A stretch of 64,000 bases of DNA from Thermoplasmatota archaeon (GTDB lineage: Archaea > Thermoplasmatota > E2 > UBA202 > JdFR-43): positions 2,130-66,129 of the forward strand of contig JAPDJQ010000030.1 in the NCBI GenBank assembly GCA_029259015.1. The letters run 5' to 3'. The translations under genes and the position numbers were made by a program. How positions within the stretch are numbered: position 1 is the first letter of the stretch; every line of letters starts with the position of its first letter. The notes under the pieces were generated by a model. The model made no database searches and had not been told where the DNA came from. It saw only the letters and a program-made list of their open reading frames with translations. Below, one piece after another: positions 1 to 9,992 of this stretch.

Positions 1-17
1 GGAAATTTCATTTCTTT

Positions 18-917
18 TTACATTCTAAAATGCTCATACCCTCTATCTTCTATTTTGTGTTCTTTTCCTTCTTTGATTAGTGTGATTTTATTTTCTTCTA
101 TAACTTTGCCAATTCTTTTTATATCCATTTTTTTCTCCAGTTCTTTTCCTTTTTCTTCTGGTACAGTAAACAAAAGTTCATAGTCACCTCCATAGTATAA
201 CGCGAGCTCCAGCCAGTTTTCATGTTTTTTTGCTATCTCAGCCACTGGTAACATATCTTCATAAATTATGAAGCCCACATTGTTTATTTTCGCCAGTTGG
301 TAAAGTGATGATGCCAATCCATCTGATAAATCCATGCAGCTTGTTACAACTTTTGATTTTGCCAGCATTCTCCCTTCTTCTATTTTTGGCTTAATAAGCA
401 AAAGTTCTTCCAGATTTTTTTCAAGCAATGCGGCCCCTCCTCTGCCAATGCTGCCGGTAACATAAACAGCATCTTCCGGCTTTGCTCCTTTTCTCGGCAT
501 TGCCTCATCTTTTCTAACTTTTCCAAATGCAGTTATTGCTATTGTTACATCATCTGCTTCTTTTGTATCTCCTCCAACCAATTTTCCGCCATATTCCTCC
601 GTACATTTTTCCATGCCTTCCAGCATTTCCTCATAATTTTCCTTTTCCAGATTTTCTGGCATACCAATAGCTGCCACATATGCAATAGGCTTTCCTCCTT
701 TGGCGGCTATATCGCTTATATTGACCGCCATGGCATACCAGCCCATATGATAAAAGGTACTTCCTTCTGGAAAATGGGTTTTCCTGTTCACCATATCAGT
801 TGTGATAAGTAAATATTCCTCTCCTGCATCTAAAAATGCACAGTCATCAAAAGGAATTGAAAATTTTTTGGTGACATAATAAGTCAGCTTCCTCTCTCCA
901 ACTTGACTCAATTTCAT
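18..917 (-). CDS. thiL: thiamine-monophosphate kinase
   Basis: DDCA, NISDIAAKGG, GGDT, MDLSDGLASSL and GGDYELLFTV motifs of ThiL. Confidence 0.93.
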   Translation of the reverse strand: MKLSQVGERKLTYYVTKKFSIPFDDCAFLDAGEEYLLITTDMVNRKTHFPEGSTFYHMGWYAMAVNISDIAAKGGKPIAYVAAIGMPENLEKENYEEMLEGMEKCTEEYGGKLVGGDTKEADDVTIAITAFGKVRKDEAMPRKGAKPEDAVYVTGSIGRGGAALLEKNLEELLLIKPKIEEGRMLAKSKVVTSCMDLSDGLASSLYQLAKINNVGFIIYEDMLPVAEIAKKHENWLELALYYGGDYELLFTVPEEKGKELEKKMDIKRIGKVIEENKITLIKEGKEHKIEDRGYEHFRM

Positions 918-962
918 GATTTAAATCCGAAAGGTTTAATATTAATCTTTTCTTCTTTTTCA

Positions 963-2081
963 ATGGAATGGCGCTCATATCCCGACGAGAGCAACGTGGA
1001 AGAAATTAAAAGAATAGTGGAAAAATATTTTCGCGTATACGAAACACAGGCTGAAGATCTTATGGCATTTTTTATTGATTTGCCTTCAGATGAAGAGATA
1101 CTGAGACAGAAATTTGATTTCCTGAGAGAGGATTTGAAAAAAAGAAATTTAATTCCCTTCCTTCGTGAAAAAAATGGAGAGTATGTTATAATAGTGGCAT
1201 ACAAGCCACCTGTAAAGGGCAAGCCACCATGGATTAACATAGTTCTTTTTGTGGTTACAATAATAACCACAATGCTTTCTGGAGCACTTTTATTTTTAGG
1301 AGAAAATGAAAGCCTGATGCAAATTTTTGAGATGGAAAAATTGCTAAACGGGTTGATTTTCTTTTCTGCTCCATTACTCGCCATACTCGGCATACATGAA
1401 CTTGGGCACTACTTCACATCAAAAAAGCATGGTGTGGCTGCGTCTCTGCCATTCTTTATTCCAATACCTCCAAATCCTTTCTTGCCACTGGGCACAATGG
1501 GTGCTGTCATATCAATGCGTGAGCCCATTCCAGATAGAAGGACGTTGCTTGATATTGGTGTAGCTGGGCCAATAGCAGGCTTTCTTGTTTCTATTCCAGT
1601 TCTAATTATTGGCCTTAGCATGTCCTCACTGATTGAAATTTCAAAAATACCAGAAGGAGTTCCAATGCTTGGAGATAATCTCTTCATCATGATTCTCTCC
1701 ACCCTCATGTTCAAGGTTCCTGAAGGTTATACCATAAGTCTGCATCCCACCGCATTTGCAGGCTGGGTTGGTCTGCTTGTTACCGCTATAAATTTGCTGC
1801 CTGCGGGCCAGCTTGACGGTGGGCATGTAGCGAGAGCTGTACTTAGAGAGAAACATCGCTATGCAAGCTTTGCAACAATCATTTTTCTGGCAGCATTAAC
1901 TTTTTTGGGCATAGGAAACTGGCTTTTCTTACTTCTGCTGCTAGTATTTCTGATAGGAACAGAACATCCGCCAGCTTTGAATGAATATATCTCCTTGGAT
2001 ACAAAGAGAAAATTGCTGGCTCTGGTGGCATTACTCATATTCATTTTAAGTTTTACTCCAATGCCAATTTCTGCAAGATGA
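963..2081 (+). CDS. site-2 protease (M50) membrane metalloprotease
   Basis: HELGH, AGPIAG and NLLPAGQLDGGH motifs; multiple TM helices; start moved to ATG 963 to avoid overlap with thiL. Confidence 0.9.
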   Translation: MEWRSYPDESNVEEIKRIVEKYFRVYETQAEDLMAFFIDLPSDEEILRQKFDFLREDLKKRNLIPFLREKNGEYVIIVAYKPPVKGKPPWINIVLFVVTIITTMLSGALLFLGENESLMQIFEMEKLLNGLIFFSAPLLAILGIHELGHYFTSKKHGVAASLPFFIPIPPNPFLPLGTMGAVISMREPIPDRRTLLDIGVAGPIAGFLVSIPVLIIGLSMSSLIEISKIPEGVPMLGDNLFIMILSTLMFKVPEGYTISLHPTAFAGWVGLLVTAINLLPAGQLDGGHVARAVLREKHRYASFATIIFLAALTFLGIGNWLFLLLLLVFLIGTEHPPALNEYISLDTKRKLLALVALLIFILSFTPMPISAR

Positions 2082-2207
2082 GAGCTATCTATATGATATG
2101 ATTTGTCACTGACTATTTGCAAAAGTGGAAAAGCCAATACTTAATCCTTCTATTTTGCATAACCCTAAAATGACAAAAAATAAATATGGAGAGAAATTTA
2201 ACATCGA

Positions 2208-3611
2208 ATGAAAAGGATTATTGCAGTTATTGTCATTATCTTACTTTTAATGCCATTGAATCAGACAAGAGAGGAAGGAATAAATGCAAAAAATGTTCCC
2301 ACAAAAGAAGATGTTTTTGGTTTCATATTTGCACTCCAGAAGAAAGTATTCAATTTTAGGTTCTCTCAAAAAGCAGATTTGCTTGAAGAAATTGTAGCCA
2401 AAACAGGTAAAATAGATTATTTTGACTACAACTATGTAATAATAAAAGATGCTATCGAAGAATTTTACAAGGCAGAAGGTATTTCATACAATAACAGCAG
2501 CATCGATTTATTTGTAGAAAAACTTAATTCAACATTCACATCTGATGAGTTGTATGCTATTTCTTTACTCCTTTTCTCATACGCTGATGTTCTCAATGCA
2601 GTCACACGCAAACAACAAATTGAGGAAATTTTAGAAACGTGGCAAAATGTGAGGAAAGCAACATATTATCTGATAAATTGTAGCATCAATGAAAGTCTAT
2701 CTGATGAATATAATCTCATTATAATGGGGTGCAAAAGGAATGAGAAGTATGCAAGTAATTACAAATTCGTTATCGATTTCGGAGGAAATGATTCCTACGA
2801 AACAGGAAACAATTCCTTTTTGCTTGATATGAAAGGAGGTGATGAATATAAAGGGCTTTCAGGTAACAACAGCATAAATCTTGTTTTTGACTTAGCAGGC
2901 AATGATATATACAGGAGAATTCCATATGCTGTCCAAGGTATAGATTTTCTTGTTGACGCAGAAGGCAATGATGAATATTTTGGGAGCGTAGCTTACTCTT
3001 ATGAAAATGGTATGGCAGTTTTGGTGGATGCTGAAGGTAATGATATTTACGATGGCAAGAATTACAGCCAGGGTTACAGCAACAATGGTTTTTCTTTATT
3101 GATTGATATGAGAGGCGATGATATTTATAAAGCAAGCAACTATTGCCAAGCAAGCAGCGAAAATGGCGGAGTATCCTGCCTACTCGACCTTTATGGAAAT
3201 GATGCTTTCTTCGCAGCAGATCATGCACAATCATATGCAACTGGTCTTCCTCGCACTTCCTTGTCCATATTCATGAACCTTGCAGGAGACGATTATTATG
3301 AGGCAAAAGATTTCTCCCAGGGATATGGTGAAAAGGGAGGGATGGCTTTCTTCTTTGATTTTCTTGGAGAAGATAATTACTATGCATCTCAATTTTCTCA
3401 GGCATCTTCATCTTGGTTGGGCTTAGCTGTATTGCTTGATGGAGATGGGAAAAATAAATTTTCTGGAGGATTTTTCAGCCAAGGAAATCAGAGGTGGGGA
3501 GGATACTCATTCTTTTTAAACGATTTTAATGCTGATGACATTTATGAAATTTTGACGCTACCAGAAAAGCTTGATATTGATTTATCGAAGCTCCTCAGCA
3601 ATTTCCTTTAA
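2208..3611 (+). CDS. secreted repeat protein (hhhD-x2-G-x-D-x-Y repeats, probable Ca-binding beta-solenoid)
   Basis: Signal peptide MKRIIAVIVIILLL; about 10 repeats such as DLAGNDIY, DAEGNDEY, DMRGDDIY, NLAGDDYY; 3' end overlaps purB convergently by 30 nt. Confidence 0.7.
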   Translation: MKRIIAVIVIILLLMPLNQTREEGINAKNVPTKEDVFGFIFALQKKVFNFRFSQKADLLEEIVAKTGKIDYFDYNYVIIKDAIEEFYKAEGISYNNSSIDLFVEKLNSTFTSDELYAISLLLFSYADVLNAVTRKQQIEEILETWQNVRKATYYLINCSINESLSDEYNLIIMGCKRNEKYASNYKFVIDFGGNDSYETGNNSFLLDMKGGDEYKGLSGNNSINLVFDLAGNDIYRRIPYAVQGIDFLVDAEGNDEYFGSVAYSYENGMAVLVDAEGNDIYDGKNYSQGYSNNGFSLLIDMRGDDIYKASNYCQASSENGGVSCLLDLYGNDAFFAADHAQSYATGLPRTSLSIFMNLAGDDYYEAKDFSQGYGEKGGMAFFFDFLGEDNYYASQFSQASSSWLGLAVLLDGDGKNKFSGGFFSQGNQRWGGYSFFLNDFNADDIYEILTLPEKLDIDLSKLLSNFL

Positions 3612-4916
3612 AGTTTTTTCAACCAGCTCTGGAGCCTTTCCCATGTAATTTTCTGGGTTGAATAATTTATCAATGCCGCCAAGTAACTCAACAATTTCTT
3701 TCTTTTCCTTCAAAATTTCTTTTAAATGCACTCCCTTTTCTTTTGCTTCCATTGCACACTGCCTCATTAATTCATGTGCTTCCTGCCTGCTCATTCCTTT
3801 CTCAACCAGCTTTATCATTATGGCTTCGGTGAAAATCAAACCCTTGCTTATTTCAATGTTTTCTGCCATTTTTTCTGGATATACCCTTAAGCTGGAAAAG
3901 ACTTGTTTCATTTTATACAGAATCCAGTCTGTTAAGATTAAAGCATGCGGAATTATGAAGCGTTCCGCTGAAGAATTGCATAAGTCGCGCTCATGCCATT
4001 GAATTGCATTTTCCCATGCAGGCAATAAATTGCTTCTTATTACTCTTGCCAGCCCACAAATCTGCTCGCATGTTATTGGATTTCTTTTATGAGGCATGGT
4101 CGAAGAGCCAACTTGCTTTTTCTCAAAATATTCCTCCACCTCTGCAATTTCATTTCTCTGCAGATTTCTTATCTCAGTTGCAAATTTTTCTAAAGATGTT
4201 GCAACATTTGCAAGGAATGATAGCATAGCAATATAACGATCCCTTCCAACAATTTGCGTTGCAGGCAATTCTGCCTTTAAGCCCAACTCTTTCATAACAA
4301 AATCCTGCACTTCGAAAAATTTCTCGCCAAAGGCTGCTCCTGTGCCAACTGCTCCCGACATTTTACCCACTGCTACCTCTTCCTTTATCTGCTGGAGTCG
4401 CTTGTAATGACGAAGCATTTCTTTGGCATAAACAGCCATTTTCAAGCCAAAGGTTATTGGCAAGGCATGCTGTCCATGGGTGCGGCCAATCATAATAGTA
4501 GCCTTATGCTCTTCAGCAAGCCTGGCTATAGCTTTGATTAACTCTGCCATCTCCTTTTCAATTATATTTAATGCATCTATAATTTGTAAAGCATTGGCTG
4601 TATCAACAATATCATATGATGTTGCTCCAAGGTGCACATATTTACCATGCTGGCATTGCTCAGCCAAAGCTTTAACCATTGCCATTACATCATGCCTTAT
4701 CTCGGCTTCAATTTCTTTAACTCTTTCAAGCTTTACATATTCCAAGTTCGCTTTCGCTGCTATCTCCTCGGCAGCTTCTTTAGGAATATTGCCAACATGG
4801 GCATGCGCTTTAGCTAAAATAGCCTCTACCTTAAGCCAGTAAGAAAGGCGAGATTCCTCACTAAAAATTTTTTTTATCTCCTTCCTTCCATATCGAAAAT
4901 CCAAAGGACAAATCAT
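3582..4916 (-). CDS. purB: adenylosuccinate lyase
   Basis: RHDVMA, HLGATSYD, GRTHGQHA and GSSTMPHKRNP signature; start likely MICPLDFRYG at 4916. Confidence 0.95.
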   Translation of the reverse strand: MICPLDFRYGRKEIKKIFSEESRLSYWLKVEAILAKAHAHVGNIPKEAAEEIAAKANLEYVKLERVKEIEAEIRHDVMAMVKALAEQCQHGKYVHLGATSYDIVDTANALQIIDALNIIEKEMAELIKAIARLAEEHKATIMIGRTHGQHALPITFGLKMAVYAKEMLRHYKRLQQIKEEVAVGKMSGAVGTGAAFGEKFFEVQDFVMKELGLKAELPATQIVGRDRYIAMLSFLANVATSLEKFATEIRNLQRNEIAEVEEYFEKKQVGSSTMPHKRNPITCEQICGLARVIRSNLLPAWENAIQWHERDLCNSSAERFIIPHALILTDWILYKMKQVFSSLRVYPEKMAENIEISKGLIFTEAIMIKLVEKGMSRQEAHELMRQCAMEAKEKGVHLKEILKEKKEIVELLGGIDKLFNPENYMGKAPELVEKTLKEIAEELR

Positions 4917-5048
4917 ATGATTAAATGAATATGGATATAAATTATTTCTGAATGGTAAAGGGTGGTAATGATATACATCGAGCATCCTTCATTGTTCTCG
5001 AACGATGCTGGAATTGTCTCTAGATTTTTCTTTAAAATTCAGGCAACT

Positions 5049-5279
5049 TTACATCGAGACTGATAAAGAAAAGAGAAGCTTATAATCGAGATAGCTTGTT
5101 ATCGGTTGATATTCTCCTCTTCCTTCCACACCCCCATTGTTTCCCCACCAAATGAATATGAAATACCATGTTCCTGCCCACAAAATATGATTGTATGGAT
5201 TTGTGTAATAATACCCATCTGCCCATCCGGACCAGTTCACTCTGTACCAGTTGATCAACGAGCGAAATAATTTTCGCAC
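5049..5279 (-). other. short orphan ORF or gene remnant (76 aa, Trp/Tyr-rich)
   Basis: Protein-like composition (GYYYTNPYNHILWAGTWYFIFIWW), GTG start, no recognisable family. Confidence 0.3.
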
Positions 5280-5283
5280 TCTA

Positions 5284-5326
5284 CAAAAGTAGTGTTACGA
5301 ATCAAAAAAAATTAATACCACTTTTG
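5284..5326. promoter_or_regulatory. palindromic operator, NikR-like, upstream of the ABC operon
   Basis: CAAAAGTAGTGTTA-N15-TAATACCACTTTTG, 12/14 inverted repeat; core GTGTTAC-N13-TTAATAC; overlaps a TATA-like TTAATA about 30 nt before ATG 5347. Confidence 0.55.
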
Positions 5327-5346
5327 AATACATTCTAGGTGTTTAA

Positions 5347-6258
5347 ATGGATGGTAAAAAAGCCGTGATTTGGCTTGTTATCGCGGTTCTCGTCTTAACT
5401 GCTTTTGGAAGTGGATACTTAATAGCTTATAAAGAGACAAAAACTCAAGCAGAAATAACGCTTATTGACGGCGTTGGCAGGGTAGTTGAAATTTATGAAA
5501 CTCCTAAAAGAGTGGTAAGCATGGCTTCCTCAGCCACTGAAATCTTATATGCGATAGGATGTGGTGAAAATATTGTGGGCGTAGATAAATATAGTGATTA
5601 TCCATCGGATGTTAAAAATAAAACAGTTGTTGGCTCAAGCTATAGCCCAAATCTGGAAGCAATAGTTGGGCTAGAACCAGATTTACTAATAGCCTGGTGG
5701 TATGCAAGAGATAATTTATTGCCTATAGAAGACAAAGTAACTGTAATGTACATAAATCCTCAATCAGTAGAAGATGTTTTACAGTTGATAAGGCAAATAG
5801 GGCTTATAATGAATAAGGTAGAGGAAGCTGAGGAACTTGTAGAAGAAATGCAGAGTAGAATAGAAAACATAACAAAAATAACAGAAGATTTGAATAAATC
5901 ACAGAGGCCATTAGTTTATTATGAGTTATCTAAAAAAGGAAGGACAGTTGGACAAGGGACTTTTACCAATGAACTCATTTATATGGCTGGAGGTATTAAC
6001 ATCGCAGCAGATGAACCTTTTAGATATCCAGATTTAACAGATGAATATATAATCGCAAGAAATCCTGATGTAATAGTTGTGGTAAGCTATGGAGCAAGTG
6101 TTGAAGAAATTAAATCAAGGAATGGATGGCAAAACATAAATGCCATAAAAAACGATAGAGTATATTCAATAGATAGACATTTAGTTACATCTTCACCTCG
6201 CCTTGTCGATGGCTTGGAACTACTGGCAAAATGGTTCCATCCGGAGCTATTTGATTAA
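5347..6258 (+). CDS. cobalamin/siderophore-type ABC transporter substrate-binding protein (BtuF-like)
   Basis: N-terminal TM anchor; DGVGRVVEI..PKRVVS, TEILYAIG, PNLEAIVGLEPDL, SPRLVDGLE. Confidence 0.88.
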   Translation: MDGKKAVIWLVIAVLVLTAFGSGYLIAYKETKTQAEITLIDGVGRVVEIYETPKRVVSMASSATEILYAIGCGENIVGVDKYSDYPSDVKNKTVVGSSYSPNLEAIVGLEPDLLIAWWYARDNLLPIEDKVTVMYINPQSVEDVLQLIRQIGLIMNKVEEAEELVEEMQSRIENITKITEDLNKSQRPLVYYELSKKGRTVGQGTFTNELIYMAGGINIAADEPFRYPDLTDEYIIARNPDVIVVVSYGASVEEIKSRNGWQNINAIKNDRVYSIDRHLVTSSPRLVDGLELLAKWFHPELFD

Positions 6259-6259
6259 C

Positions 6260-6949
6260 ATGTTCCATAAAGTTACCTATAATCCAAAGTTTGAGAGAAT
6301 TTGCATATACAATAGTATATGCAACCATAAATGCAAGATTTGTTCCTATAAACTCATGGAAAGAAAATACAAAAGTATAGATGTTGAAAAAATAAAAAGA
6401 GTAATTGAAGAGATGAGAGAGAAATCCTCGGTAAAAAGGGTTCATTTTCTTGGTGGAGAACCAACTATAAATCCTTTCTTAGAAGATTTGCTTAAATTTT
6501 GCAGAGAGTTAAATCTATACACTTGCCTAGGCCACACAAATGGCTCAAAAGTTGTGGATGTGAATGAGGCAAATATAAGTATAAAGGCATATACGGAGGA
6601 GAAGCATATTGAGTGCACAGGTGTGTCGAATAAAACCATATTAGAGAACTTTATAAGAGCTTATGACAAAGGTATAAAGCTGAAAGCCAACACTGTTTTC
6701 ATTCCAGATTTTATTGATTATGAAGAAATAGAGAAAATAGCAAAATTCATAGCAAGCATAGATAATGAAATTCCTTACCATATTATTGGCTATATTCCTG
6801 TGCCTTCTGCACCGTGGAGGAGGCCACACTTTGAGGAGGTGGTGAAAGCAGCAAAGGTTGCAAAAAATTATCTGAAATATGTTACTTTTTCATGCCCTGA
6901 TGAAAACTTTACAAGAGATGAGAAATATGCAAGTTTTGTGATTATTTAA
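6260..6949 (+). CDS. radical SAM protein (PflA/activase-like)
   Basis: CxxxCxxC (CNHKCKIC), FLGGEPT, TNGS; starts 1 nt after the binding-protein stop. Confidence 0.85.
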   Translation: MFHKVTYNPKFERICIYNSICNHKCKICSYKLMERKYKSIDVEKIKRVIEEMREKSSVKRVHFLGGEPTINPFLEDLLKFCRELNLYTCLGHTNGSKVVDVNEANISIKAYTEEKHIECTGVSNKTILENFIRAYDKGIKLKANTVFIPDFIDYEEIEKIAKFIASIDNEIPYHIIGYIPVPSAPWRRPHFEEVVKAAKVAKNYLKYVTFSCPDENFTRDEKYASFVII

Positions 6950-6950
6950 A

Positions 6951-8006
6951 ATGTTTGACCATCGCAAAAGATTAATTAAATGGATTACAATCATTTTTTC
7001 CCTTCTTGTCCTGCTTATATTTTCTATTTTCATGTCTTTGATGATAGGTGTAATGGGACCAATTGGGAAAGGTGTGCCCGACAAAGAAAAAATAGGCATG
7101 GAGGAAATTTTCCAGATTCTGATTGGTAAAGGAAGCTATCCATCAACTCACAAATCAATAATATTAGACATAAGATTACCCCGCATATTACTTGCAGGAA
7201 TAATTGGGGCAGCATTGGCAACAGCAGGATGTGCCATGCAAGGCATATTTAGAAATCCCATGGCAAGTCCCTATATACTGGGAATCTCCTCTGGAGCAGC
7301 ATTTGGGGCAGCGTTAGCAATAGTCATTGGCTTAAATATATTTGGGCTAAATAGTGTGCAAATTCTTGCCTTCTCCTTTGCCCTGCTGGACATATTCATT
7401 GTTTATAACATTGCAAAGTACAAAGGAGCTGTACCTACAGAAAATTTATTATTAGCTGGAATAGCAGTCGGCTATTTCTTTTCAGCTTTAGTTTCTTTTA
7501 TAAAATACATAGCTGGAGAAGAACTTAGAACCATTGTTTTTTGGCTAATGGGTGGATTATGGAATGCAAGCTGGGAGAAAGTTTATATGACTTTTCCTTT
7601 AGCTGTATTAGGCATTTTCATTCTTTTTCTTTTTTCTAGGGAACTTAACATAATGCTTACTGGAGAAATTTCTGCAATGAGTGTTGGTATAAATGTAGAG
7701 CAAACTAAAAAGATAATTCTCATTTTTTCAACGCTTATTACAGCTATATCGGTATCTGTTGCAGGAATAATTGGTTTCGTTGGACTAATAATACCTCATA
7801 TCATGCGTTTATTAGTGGGCTCTGATCACCGCATCCTAATTCCTTCATCCTGTTTAATGGGTGCTACTTTCCTCATTTTAACTGATGCTCTAGCAAGGAG
7901 TATAATTCAACCTTCTGAAATACCTGTGGGAATAATTACTTCTTTATTTGGCGTTCCTTTCTTTATTTATTTATTGAGGAGGAAAAAAACGGTGAGATGG
8001 TGGTGA
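6951..8006 (+). CDS. FecCD/BtuC-family ABC permease
   Basis: RLPRILLA, QGIFRNPMASPYILGISSGA, IGFVGLIIPH, EIPVGIIT. Confidence 0.93.
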   Translation: MFDHRKRLIKWITIIFSLLVLLIFSIFMSLMIGVMGPIGKGVPDKEKIGMEEIFQILIGKGSYPSTHKSIILDIRLPRILLAGIIGAALATAGCAMQGIFRNPMASPYILGISSGAAFGAALAIVIGLNIFGLNSVQILAFSFALLDIFIVYNIAKYKGAVPTENLLLAGIAVGYFFSALVSFIKYIAGEELRTIVFWLMGGLWNASWEKVYMTFPLAVLGIFILFLFSRELNIMLTGEISAMSVGINVEQTKKIILIFSTLITAISVSVAGIIGFVGLIIPHIMRLLVGSDHRILIPSSCLMGATFLILTDALARSIIQPSEIPVGIITSLFGVPFFIYLLRRKKTVRWW

Positions 8007-8767
8007 AGATTAAAGTTAAGAACGTTAGCTTTAGCTATGGAAGCATAAAAGCTTTGGAAAATGTTTCTTTTGAAATAGAAAATGAATTTGTTGGTATAAT
8101 TGGACCAAATGGCTCTGGAAAAACCACTTTGCTAAATTGTATGGCTGGTTTTTTAAAAAGCGATGGATGTATTTTGATAAATGGAAAAGACATAAACAAG
8201 TTGGATAGAAAGAAGGTTGCAAGAGAGATTGGTATTGTCCCTCAAATACCAAATATTTCCTTTCCCCTTACTGTTTTTGATATTGTTCTTATGGGCAGAA
8301 ACCCACACAAAAAAATGCTGGAGTTCATGAACGAGAAGGACATAAAAATTGCCAACGATGCAATGGAAGCTGTTGGAATAGAGCATCTAGCCGATCGAAC
8401 CATAACGGAATTAAGCGGGGGAGAATTGCAAAAAGTCATTATTGCAAGGGCTTTAGCGCAACAACCAAATATTCTTTTATTAGATGAACCAACAGCTCAT
8501 CTTGACATACATCACCAAATAGAAATCCTCTCCTTGATAAAAAGTTTGATTGGAAAAGGAATAACTGCAATAGCTGTTCTTCATGACTTAAATCTGGCAT
8601 CATGCTTTTGCGACAAAATAATATTGCTCAATAAAGGCAAAATCTTCGCTATTGGGAATGTTAAGGAAGTTATTACTCCCGATAACATATACACTGTCTA
8701 TGGAATAAGAGTAGATATCCTGCAGCATCCAAAATCAAAAAAACCCGTCATAATCTTTCCCGAATAA
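7997..8767 (+). CDS. FepC/BtuD-family ABC ATPase
   Basis: GPNGSGKTT, LSGGELQ, LLLDEPT, HDLNLA. Confidence 0.93.
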   Translation: MVVKIKVKNVSFSYGSIKALENVSFEIENEFVGIIGPNGSGKTTLLNCMAGFLKSDGCILINGKDINKLDRKKVAREIGIVPQIPNISFPLTVFDIVLMGRNPHKKMLEFMNEKDIKIANDAMEAVGIEHLADRTITELSGGELQKVIIARALAQQPNILLLDEPTAHLDIHHQIEILSLIKSLIGKGITAIAVLHDLNLASCFCDKIILLNKGKIFAIGNVKEVITPDNIYTVYGIRVDILQHPKSKKPVIIFPE

Positions 8768-8965
8768 TGAACTATTATCATTGCTAGATTTTCTTCAAAA
8801 TATTCAAAGCATTTCATTTGTTTTTCTCTATTTCTTTCCCTTCTGTATCGCTTAGTTCAACCAAATAAAAATTGTCTTTGCTTCTTTTATTCCGGCAATC
8901 ATGAATACCCCTTTATTGTCCATGTTCATCGTCTCGCGCATTTATTGCCTCTTATTAAAAGCCCC

Positions 8966-9868
8966 TCAATCCCCATTCTTCATTTCATCTTTCCTCCTTG
9001 CTTCATTTGCTAGCATGTGTGCCTGCCTTATTGGCTCTGGAATGCTGTATCTCATGAATTTTTTTGCTATTTCATGTGCTGAATCAACGCTTATTTTGTT
9101 GCCTGGCGAGACAAAAATTTTTCCAATTCTTCTGGCAACCTTTCTCTTGCCTATAAAAATATGGCCATTTTTCTCCATGCCACACAGTAGCTTTTTTGCT
9201 ATTCCTATCGTAGCTACATCATGCAACACACCAAAATGACATGCTATGCCAAAAAGGCGAGGATGTAGCAAGCCGTTGCCATCGATCATAACAATGCCTG
9301 GCTTTTCGCCCTTTATTAACTCATTTAGCACTGGCAACTCACGATATGCTAAATAAGTTGGAATGTAAGGGAATAGAATTTCCATTTTCACCACCTTCTT
9401 TTTGATTAAATTGCCTTCCTCATCAAATTCCACATAAGCTCCGTAGGCAAAACGTTTTGTATAAGAAACGTCCATTCCAGCTATGCTACCCATTTCAAAA
9501 TCATCTTCTGCAACAACTTTCTCCCTCAATTCTTCCTGCTCCTGCCTCAATTTTTTTAATGGATAGTCAGTTTCAAAATCATCAAAAAGATATTTTGTCA
9601 AATCTATTCTGCCATTTACAATTTCTATACCATCATTTTTCAGCAACTTTATTTTCTTTTCTATGCCAGTAGCATATCCACCCAAACTTCCATCACTCTT
9701 TATCACCCTATAGCATGGAACTTCCTTATATGGATTCTGATTCAGCATAACACCAACAGCTCTCGCTGCAATTATATCGCCCAAAGCTCTTGCAATGGCT
9801 CCATAAGTGGAAACTTTGCCCCTCGGTATCTGCTTCACAAGTTCATATGTTTTCTCGTAAAGATTCAT
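8966..9868 (-). CDS. O6-alkylguanine-DNA alkyltransferase - endonuclease V fusion
   Basis: N-terminal IPRGKVSTYG..ARAVG..VPCYRVI (AGT); C-terminal GMDVSY, FPYIPTYLAYRE, IDGNGLLHPRLFGIACH, PEPIRQAH (EndoV). Confidence 0.88.
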   Translation of the reverse strand: MNLYEKTYELVKQIPRGKVSTYGAIARALGDIIAARAVGVMLNQNPYKEVPCYRVIKSDGSLGGYATGIEKKIKLLKNDGIEIVNGRIDLTKYLFDDFETDYPLKKLRQEQEELREKVVAEDDFEMGSIAGMDVSYTKRFAYGAYVEFDEEGNLIKKKVVKMEILFPYIPTYLAYRELPVLNELIKGEKPGIVMIDGNGLLHPRLFGIACHFGVLHDVATIGIAKKLLCGMEKNGHIFIGKRKVARRIGKIFVSPGNKISVDSAHEIAKKFMRYSIPEPIRQAHMLANEARRKDEMKNGD

Positions 9869-9992
9869 GAAAATAAAAGGCTAAGGAAATTAAAGTTTAG
9901 TGCATGAAAATGCGATTTGCTTGTCTACTGGCTTTTCTCGCCTTCATCGTAAGCAATATAAAAATAGTATAGTTTTTGGATAGGAGCAGTAA

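Noticed and set aside
4981-5346. Cobalamin riboswitch upstream of the BtuF-like gene; hairpin at 4981-5009
   Set aside because: No B12-box motif recognised; the short hairpin (9/10 stem) has no supportable function
8768-8965. Possible gene remnant after the ABC ATPase
   Set aside because: No convincing reading frame or family motif
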